A stretch of DNA of 64,000 bases from the human T2T-CHM13v2.0 reference genome, Homo sapiens. Both the position numbers and the translations under genes were made by a program. The first letter of the stretch is position 1, and each line of letters starts with the position of its first letter. The stretch lies in assembly GCF_009914755.1 (NCBI RefSeq), contig NC_060941.1. One strand, 5' to 3'. This document shows, one piece after another, positions 54,901-64,000 of this stretch. The notes beneath the pieces were generated by a model that did not search any database, had not been told where the DNA came from, and saw nothing but the letters and a program-made list of their open reading frames with translations.

Positions 54901-57900
54901 GGAAAAGGTAATATCTCCACATAAATACTAGATAGAAGCCTTCTCAGAAACTACTTTGTGATGATTGCATTCACCTCACGGAGTGGAGCATTCCTATTGA
55001 CAGAGCAGTTTGGAAACACTCTTGTTGTAGAATCTGCTAGTGGAGATTTGGAGCGCTTTGAGGCCTATGGTAGTAAAGGGAAGAGCTTCACATAAAATCT
55101 AGACACAAGCATTCTCAGAAAATACTTTGTGATGATTGAGTTTAACACACAGAGCTGCACATTCCTTTGGATGGAGAAGGTTTGAAACACACTTTCTGTA
55201 GAATCTGCGAGTGGATATTTGGAACTCTCTGAGGATTTCGTTGGAAACGGGATAACTGCACCTAACTAAACGGAAGCATTCTCACAAAATTCTTTGTGAT
55301 GTTTGCATTCAAATCCCAGAGTTGACCCTTCCTTTGATAGTTCAGCTTTGAAACACTCTTTTTGTAGGATCTGCAAGTGGATATTTGGACCACTCTTTGG
55401 CCTTCGTTCGAAACGGGTACATCTTCAAATAAAATCTAGACAGAAGCCTTCTCAGAAACTTCTCTGTGACGATTGCATTCAACTCACAGCGTTGAACCCT
55501 CCTATGGATAGAGCAGTTTTGAATCTCTCTTTTTGTGGAATCTGCAAGTGGATATGTGGTCCTCTTTGAAGATGTCTTTGGAAACGGGAATATCTTCAAA
55601 TAAAAACTAAACAGAAGCATTCTCAGAAACTTCTCTGTGATGTTTGTGTTCAACTCACAGAGTTTCACGTTGCTTTTCATACAGCAGATGAGAAACATGC
55701 TTTTCGTAGGGTCTGCAAGTGGACATTTGGAGAGATTTCAGGCCTGTGGTGGAAAACGAATTATCGTCACGTAAAAACTAGAGAGAAGCATTGTCAGAAA
55801 CTTGTTTGTGATGACTGCATTCAACTCACAGAGTTGAAGGTTCCTTTTCAAACAGCAGTTTCCAAACACTCTTTCTGTGGCATCTGCAAGTGGATGTTTG
55901 GGCCTCTTTGAAGATTTCGTTGGAAACGGGATACTCTTCACAGAAAAGCTAAACAGAAGCATTCTCAGAAACTTCTTTGTGATGTTTGCTTTCAACTCAC
56001 AGAGTTGAACTTTCCTTTTGAGAGAGAAGCTTTGAAACACTCTTTTTCTAGAATCTGCAAGTGGATATTTGCAGGGCTTTGAGGCCTGTGGTGGAAAAGT
56101 TATTATCTTCCCGTAAGAACTAGATAGATGCATTCTCAGAAACTACTTTGTGACGATTGCATTCAAGTCACGGAGGTGAACATTCCCTTTCAGAGAGCAC
56201 TTTGGAAACTCTCGTTGTGTAGAATCTGCAAGTGGAGATATGGACCGCTTTGAGGCCTATGGTAGTAAAGGAAACAACTTCATATAAAAACTAGACAGCA
56301 GCATTCTCAGAAAACTCTTTGTGACGACTGAGTTTAACTCACAGGGCTGAACATTCCTTTGGATGGAGCAGTTTGGAAACACACTATCTGTAGGATCTGC
56401 AAGCGGATACTTGGGCCTCTCTGAGGATTTCGTTGGAAACGGGATAAACCGCACAGAACTAAACAGAAGCATTCTCAGAACCATCTTCGTGATGTTTGCA
56501 TTCAACCCACAGTGTTGAACCTTTCTTTGATAGTTCAGGTTTGAAACACTCTTTTAGTAGAAACTGCAAGTGGATAACTGCACTTCTTTGAGGCCTATCG
56601 TAGTAAAGGAAATAACTTCCTATAAAAACAAGACAGAAGCTTTCTCAGAAAATTCTCTGGGATGATTGAGTTGAACTCACAGAGCAGTACTTTCCTTGGG
56701 ATGGAGTAGTTTCGAAACACACTTTCTGTAGAATCTGCAAGTGGATATTTGGACCTGTCTGAGGAATTCGTTGCAAACGGGATAATTTCAGCTAAGTAAA
56801 CAGAAGCAGTCTCAGAATCTTCTTGTGATGTTTGCATTCAAATCCCAGAATTGAACCTTCCTTTGAAAGTTCAGGTTGGAAACACTCTTTTTGCAGGATC
56901 TACAAGTGGATATTCGGACCACTCTGTGGACTTCGTTCGAAACGGGTATATCTTCACATAACATCTAGACAGAAGCATTCTCAGAAACTTTTCTGTGATG
57001 ACTGCATTCAACTCACAGAGTTCAACACTCCTTTTGAGAGCGCAGTTTTGAAACTCTCTTTCTCTGGAATCTGCAAGGGGACATGCAGACCTCTTTGAAG
57101 GTTTCGTTGGAAACGGAATCATCTTCACATAAAAATTACACAGAAGCATTCTCAGGAACTCCTTGGTGATGTTTGTATTCAACTTCCAGAGTTGAACTTT
57201 CCTTCGGAAAGAGCAGCTATGAAACACACTTTCTCTAGAATCTGCAAGTGGACATTTGGTGAGCTGTGAGGTTTGTGGTGGAAAAGGTAATATCTCCACA
57301 TAAATACTAGATAGAAGCCTTCTCAGAAACTATTTTGTGATGATTGCATTCACCTCACGGAGTGGAGCATTCCTATTGACAGAGCAGTTTGGAAACACTC
57401 TTGTTGTAGAATCTGCTAGTGGAGATTTGGAGCGCTTTGAGGCCTATGGTAGTAAAGGGAAGAGCTTCACATAAAATCTAGACACAAGCATTCTCAGAAA
57501 ATACTTTGTGATGATTGAGTTTAACACACAGAGCTGCACATTCCTTTGGATGGAGAAGGTTTGAAACACACTTTCTGTAGAATCTGCGAGTGGATATTTG
57601 GAACTCTCTGAGGATTTCGTTGGAAACGGGATAACTGCACCTAACTAAACGGAAGCATTCTCACAAAATTCTTTGTGATGTTTGCATTCAAATCCCAGAG
57701 TTGACCCTTCCTTTGATAGTTCAGCTTTGAAACACTCTTTTTGTAGGATCTGCAAGTGGATATTTGGACCACTCTTTGGCCTTCGTTCGAAACGGGTACA
57801 TCTTCAAATAAAATCTAGACAGAAGCCTTCTCAGAAACTTCTCTGTGACGATTGCATTCAACTCACAGCGTTGAACCCTCCTAAGGATAGAGCAGTTTTG

Positions 57901-60900
57901 AATCTCTCTTTTTGTGGAATCTGCAAGTGGATATGTGGTCCTCTTTGAAGATGTCTTTGGAAACGGGAATATCTTCAAATAAAAACTAAACAGAAGCATT
58001 CTCAGAAACTTCTCTGTGATGTTTGTGTTCAACTCACAGAGTTTCACGTTGCTTTTCATACAGCAGATGAGAAACATGCTTTTCGTAGGGTCTGCAAGTG
58101 GACATTTGGAGAGATTTCAGGCCTGTGGTGGAAAACGAATTATCGTCACGTAAAAACTAGAGAGAAGCATTGTCAGAAACTTGTTTGTGATGACTGCATT
58201 CAACTCACAGAGTTGAAGGTTCCTTTTCAAACAGCAGTTTCCAAACACTCTTTCTGTGGCATCTGCAAGTGGATGTTTGGGCCTCTTTGAAGATTTCGTT
58301 GGAAACGAGATACTCTTCACAGAAAAGCTAAACAGAAGCATTCTCAGAAACTTCTTTGTGATGTTTGCTTTCAACTCACAGAGTTGAACTTTCCTTTTGA
58401 GAGAGAAGCTTTGAAACACTCTTTTTCTAGAATCTGCAAGTGGATATTTGGAGGGCTTTGAGGCCTGTGGTGGAAAAGGAATTATCTTCCCGTAAGAACT
58501 AGATAGATGCATTCTCAGAAACTACTTTGTGACGATTGCATTCAAGTCACAGAGGTGAACATTCCCTTTCAGAGAGCACTTTGGAAACTCTCGTTGTGTA
58601 GAATCTGCAAGTGGAGATATGGACTGCTTTGAGGCCTATGGTAGTAAAGGAAACAGGTTCATATAAAAACTAGACAGCAGCATTCTCAGAAAACTCTTTG
58701 TGACGACTGAGTTTAACTCACAGGGCTGAACATTCCTTTGGATGGAGCAGTTTGGAAACACACTATCTGTAGGATCTGCAAGCGGATACTTGGGCCTCTC
58801 TGAGGATTTCGTTGGAAACGGGATAAACCGCACAGAACTAAACAGAAGCATTCTCAGAACCTTCTTCGTGATGTTTGCATTCAACCCACAGTGTTGAACC
58901 TTTCTTTGATAGTTCAGGTTTGAAACACTCTTTTAGTAGAAACTGCAAGTGGATAACTGCACTTCTTTGAGGCCTATCGTAGTAAAGGAAATAACTTCCT
59001 ATAAAAACAAGACAGAAGCTTTCTCAGAAAATTCTCTGGGATGATTGAGTTGAACTCACAGAGCAGTACTTTCCTTGGGATGGAGTAGTTTCGAAACACA
59101 CTTTCTGTAGAATCTGCAAGTGGATATTTGGACCTGTCTGAGGAATTCGTTGCAAACGGGATAATTTCAGCTAAGTAAACAGAAGCAGTCTCAGAATCTT
59201 CTTGTGATGTTTGCATTCAAATCCCAGAATTGAACCTTCCTTTGAAAGTTCAGGTTGGAAACACTCTTTTTGCAGGATCTACAAGTGGATATTCGGACCA
59301 CTCTGTGGACTTCGTTCGAAACGGGTATATCTTCACATAACATCTAGACAGAAGCATTCTCAGAAACTTTTCTGTGATGACTGCATTCAACTCACAGAGT
59401 TCAACACTCCTTTTGAGAGCGCAGTTTTGAAACTCTCTTTCTCTGGAATCTGCAAGGGGACATGCAGACCTCTTTGAAGGTTTCGTTGGAAACGGAATCA
59501 TCTTCACATAAAAATTACACAGAAGCATTCTCAGGAACTCCTTGGTGATGTTTGTATTCAACTTCCAGAGTTAAACTTTCCTTCGGAAAGAGCAGCTATG
59601 AAACACACTTTCTCTAGAATCTGCAAGTGGACATTGGGAGAGCTGTGAGGTTTGTGGTGGAAAAGGTAATATCTCCACATAAATACTAGATAGAAGCCTT
59701 CTCAGAAACTACTTTGTGATGATTGCATTCACCTCACGGAGTGGAGCATTCCTATTGACAGAGCAGTTTGGAAACACTCTTGTTGTAGAATCTGCTAGTG
59801 GAGATTTGGAGCGCTTTGAGGCCTATGGTAGTAAAGGGAAGAGCTTCACATAAAATCTAGACACAAGCATTCTCAGAAAATACTTTGTGATGATTGAGTT
59901 TAACACACAGAGCTGCACATTCCTTTGGATGGAGAAGGTTTGAAACACACTTTCTGTAGAATCTGCGAGTGGATATTTGGAACTCTCTGAGGATTTCGTT
60001 GGAAACGGGATAACTGCACCTAACTAAACGGAAGCATTCTCACAAAATTCTTTGTGATGTTTGCATTCAAATCCCAGAGTTGACCCTTCCTTTGATAGTT
60101 CAGCTTTGAAACACTCTTTTTGTAGGATCTGCAAGTGGATATTTGGACCACTCTTTGGCCTTCGTTCGAAACGGGTACATCTTCAAATAAAATCTAGACA
60201 GAAGCCTTCTCAGAAACTTCTCTGTGACGATTGCATTCAACTCACAGCGTTGAACCCTCCTATGGATAGAGCAGTTTTGAATCTCTCTTTTTGTGGAATC
60301 TGCAAGTGGATATGTGGTCCTCTTTGAAGATGTCTTTGGAAACGGGAATATCTTCAAATAAAAACTAAACAGAAGCATTCTCAGAAACTTCTCTGTGATG
60401 TTTGTGTTCAACTCACAGAGTTTCACGTTGCTTTTCATACAGCAGATGAGAAACATGCTTTTCGTAGGGTCTGCAAGTGGACATTTGGAGAGATTTCAGG
60501 CCTGTGGTGGAAAACGAATTATCGTCACGTAAAAACTAGAGAGAAGCATTGTCAGAAACTTGTTTGTGATGACTGCATTCAACTCACAGAGTTGAAGGTT
60601 CCTTTTCAAACAGCAGTTTCCAAACACTCTTTCTGTGGCATCTGCAAGTGGATGTTTGGGCCTCTTTGAAGATTTCGTTGGAAACGGGATACTCTTCACA
60701 GAAAAGCTAAACAGAAGCATTCTCAGAAACTTCTTTGTGATGTTTGCTTTCAACTCACAGAGTTGAACTTTCCTTTTGAGAGAGAAGCTTTGAAACACTC
60801 TTTTTCTAGAATCTGCAAGTGGATATTTGCAGGGCTTTGAGGCCTGTGGTGGAAAAGTTATTATCTTCCCGTAAGAACTAGATAGATGCATTCTCAGAAA

Positions 60901-63900
60901 CTACTTTGTGACGATTGCATTCAAGTCACGGAGGTGAACATTCCCTTTCAGAGAGCACTTTGGAAACTCTCGTTGTGTAGAATCTGCAAGTGGAGATATG
61001 GACCGCTTTGAGGCCTATGGTAGTAAAGGAAACAACTTCATATAAAAACTAGACAGCAGCATTCTCAGAAAACTCTTTGTGACGACTGAGTTTAACTCAC
61101 AGGGCTGAACATTCCTTTGGATGGAGCAGTTTGGAAACACACTATCTGTAGGATCTGCAAGCGGATACTTGGGCCTCTCTGAGGATTTCGTTGGAAACGG
61201 GATAAACCGCACAGAACTAAACAGAAGCATTCTCAGAACCATCTTCGTGATGTTTGCATTCAACCCACAGTGTTGAACCTTTCTTTGATAGTTCAGGTTT
61301 GAAACACTCTTTTAGTAGAAACTGCAAGTGGATAACTGCACTTCTTTGAGGCCTATCGTAGTAAAGGAAATAACTTCCTATAAAAACAAGACAGAAGCTT
61401 TCTCAGAAAATTCTCTGGGATGATTGAGTTGAACTCACAGAGCAGTACTTTCCTTGGGATGGAGTAGTTTCGAAACACACTTTCTGTAGAATCTGCAAGT
61501 GGATATTTGGACCTGTCTGAGGAATTCGTTGCAAACGGGATAATTTCAGCTAAGTAAACAGAAGCAGTCTCAGAATCTTCTTGTGATGTTTGCATTCAAA
61601 TCCCAGAATTGAACCTTCCTTTGAAAGTTCAGGTTGGAAACACTCTTTTTGCAGGATCTACAAGTGGATATTCGGACCACTCTGTGGACTTCGTTCGAAA
61701 CGGGTATATCTTCACATAACATCTAGACAGAAGCATTCTCAGAAACTTTTCTGTGATGACTGCATTCAACTCACAGAGTTCAACACTCCTTTTGAGAGCG
61801 CAGTTTTGAAACTCTCTTTCTCTGGAATCTGCAAGGGGACATGCAGACCTCTTTGAAGGTTTCGTTGGAAACGGAATCATCTTCACATAAAAATTACACA
61901 GAAGCATTCTCAGGAACTCCTTGGTGATGTTTGTATTCAACTTCCAGAGTTGAACTTTCCTTCGGAAAGAGCAGCTATGAAACACACTTTCTCTAGAATC
62001 TGCAAGTGGACATTTGGTGAGCTGTGAGGTTTGTGGTGGAAAAGGTAATATCTCCACATAAATACTAGATAGAAGCCTTCTCAGAAACTATTTTGTGATG
62101 ATTGCATTCACCTCACGGAGTGGAGCATTCCTATTGACAGAGCAGTTTGGAAACACTCTTGTTGTAGAATCTGCTAGTGGAGATTTGGAGCGCTTTGAGG
62201 CCTATGGTAGTAAAGGGAAGAGCTTCACATAAAATCTAGACACAAGCATTCTCAGAAAATACTTTGTGATGATTGAGTTTAACACACAGAGCTGCACATT
62301 CCTTTGGATGGAGAAGGTTTGAAACACACTTTCTGTAGAATCTGCGAGTGGATATTTGGAACTCTCTGAGGATTTCGTTGGAAACGGGATAACTGCACCT
62401 AACTAAACGGAAGCATTCTCACAAAATTCTTTGTGATGTTTGCATTCAAATCCCAGAGTTGACCCTTCCTTTGATAGTTCAGCTTTGAAACACTCTTTTT
62501 GTAGGATCTGCAAGTGGATATTTGGACCACTCTTTGGCCTTCGTTCGAAACGGGTACATCTTCAAATAAAATCTAGACAGAAGCCTTCTCAGAAACTTCT
62601 CTGTGACGATTGCATTCAACTCACAGCGTTGAACCCTCCTAAGGATAGAGCAGTTTTGAATCTCTCTTTTTGTGGAATCTGCAAGTGGATATGTGGTCCT
62701 CTTTGAAGATGTCTTTGGAAACGGGAATATCTTCAAATAAAAACTAAACAGAAGCATTCTCAGAAACTTCTCTGTGATGTTTGTGTTCAACTCACAGAGT
62801 TTCACGTTGCTTTTCATACAGCAGATGAGAAACATGCTTTTCGTAGGGTCTGCAAGTGGACATTTGGAGAGATTTCAGGCCTGTGGTGGAAAACGAATTA
62901 TCGTCACGTAAAAACTAGAGAGAAGCATTGTCAGAAACTTGTTTGTGATGACTGCATTCAACTCACAGAGTTGAAGGTTCCTTTTCAAACAGCAGTTTCC
63001 AAACACTCTTTCTGTGGCATCTGCAAGTGGATGTTTGGGCCTCTTTGAAGATTTCGTTGGAAACGAGATACTCTTCACAGAAAAGCTAAACAGAAGCATT
63101 CTCAGAAACTTCTTTGTGATGTTTGCTTTCAACTCACAGAGTTGAACTTTCCTTTTGAGAGAGAAGCTTTGAAACACTCTTTTTCTAGAATCTGCAAGTG
63201 GATATTTGGAGGGCTTTGAGGCCTGTGGTGGAAAAGGAATTATCTTCCCGTAAGAACTAGATAGATGCATTCTCAGAAACTACTTTGTGACGATTGCATT
63301 CAAGTCACAGAGGTGAACATTCCCTTTCAGAGAGCACTTTGGAAACTCTCGTTGTGTAGAATCTGCAAGTGGAGATATGGACTGCTTTGAGGCCTATGGT
63401 AGTAAAGGAAACAGGTTCATATAAAAACTAGACAGCAGCATTCTCAGAAAACTCTTTGTGACGACTGAGTTTAACTCACAGGGCTGAACATTCCTTTGGA
63501 TGGAGCAGTTTGGAAACACACTATCTGTAGGATCTGCAAGCGGATACTTGGGCCTCTCTGAGGATTTCGTTGGAAACGGGATAAACCGCACAGAACTAAA
63601 CAGAAGCATTCTCAGAACCTTCTTCGTGATGTTTGCATTCAACCCACAGTGTTGAACCTTTCTTTGATAGTTCAGGTTTGAAACACTCTTTTAGTAGAAA
63701 CTGCAAGTGGATAACTGCACTTCTTTGAGGCCTATCGTAGTAAAGGAAATAACTTCCTATAAAAACAAGACAGAAGCTTTCTCAGAAAATTCTCTGGGAT
63801 GATTGAGTTGAACTCACAGAGCAGTACTTTCCTTGGGATGGAGTAGTTTCGAAACACACTTTCTGTAGAATCTGCAAGTGGATATTTGGACCTGTCTGAG

Positions 63901-64000
63901 GAATTCGTTGCAAACGGGATAATTTCAGCTAAGTAAACAGAAGCAGTCTCAGAATCTTCTTGTGATGTTTGCATTCAAATCCCAGAATTGAACCTTCCTT
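30928..64000 (+). repeat. Right HOR haplotype domain (HOR14-27)
   Basis: Shared alleles are agacaCaag, gCacattc (most copies), ggaActctc (most copies), gttgaCcctt, ggatAtgtgg, gagagAtttc, and an intact box at the 2048 position. Confidence 0.85.

Larger units (their letters stand above)
1..64000 (+). repeat. Alpha-satellite higher-order repeat array, 14-mer (2379 bp), SF3/pentameric type, about 26.9 copies; probably chromosome 17 D17Z1-B or D17Z1-C
   Basis: Alphoid motifs (CATTCTCAGAAACTTCTTTGTGATG, CAACTCACAGAGTTGAAC, TTTGAAACACTCTTTTT, GAATCTGCAAGTGGATATTTGG) recur every 165-172 bp. Position 1 (aaggtttcgttggaaacggaatc) recurs at 2380, and the ORF track recurs at 585, 2964, 5343, 7722 and onward (step 2379). 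There are 14 box positions per unit. The array identity is seen directly; the chromosome 17 assignment is inferred from monomer order (confidence about 0.75). Confidence 0.99.

Noticed and set aside
585-63974. About 170 ORFs of 61-175 aa on both strands
   Set aside because: They recur at the 2379-bp period and their peptides repeat every ~57 aa (171/3). They gain and lose starts and stops through random satellite variants and have no recognisable domain, so they are read-throughs of alpha satellite.
1-64000. CRISPR-like regularity (conserved motifs separated by variable stretches)
   Set aside because: The variable stretches are homologous diverged monomers that repeat in every HOR. There are no unique spacers and no cas genes.
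1-64000. L1/Alu insertion, inversion or monomer-deletion HOR variants
   Set aside because: The ORF track keeps an unbroken 2379-bp phase with a single +1 shift, and orientation is constant. I saw no non-alphoid sequence or poly-A tail.
1-64000. Calling this the active kinetochore site, or naming the exact array (D17Z1-B, D17Z1-C or a 14-mer variant of D17Z1)
   Set aside because: CENP-A occupancy and methylation cannot be read from sequence, and telling the sister arrays apart needs alignment to reference consensuses, which I could not run.

Overview
The whole 64 kb window is a head-to-tail primate (human-type) centromeric alpha-satellite array. Monomers of about 171 bp form a 14-monomer higher-order repeat (HOR) of 2379 bp, present in about 26.9 copies in one orientation. 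I saw no transposon, inversion or monomer-number variant; the only length change is a 1-bp gain near 34734. The order of A-type (pJalpha) and B-type (CENP-B box) monomers fits the pentameric suprachromosomal family 3 (W1-W5), read as W1 W2 W3 W4 | W3 W4 W5 | W1 W5 | W1 W2 W3 W4 W5. The best match is a chromosome 17 14-mer array (D17Z1-B or D17Z1-C), inferred without alignment. There are no credible genes: all listed ORFs recur every 2379 bp and are satellite read-throughs. I found no new protein-coding system. The interesting structure lies in the point variants. There are three HOR haplotype domains and nested 2-, 3- and 8-HOR duplications. One CENP-B box is disabled by two mutually exclusive mutations across 11 consecutive HORs, EcoRI sites are lost and gained, and there is a candidate inter-monomer micro-conversion. 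HOR numbering used: HOR n starts at 1+(n-1)*2379, plus 1 from HOR16 onward.
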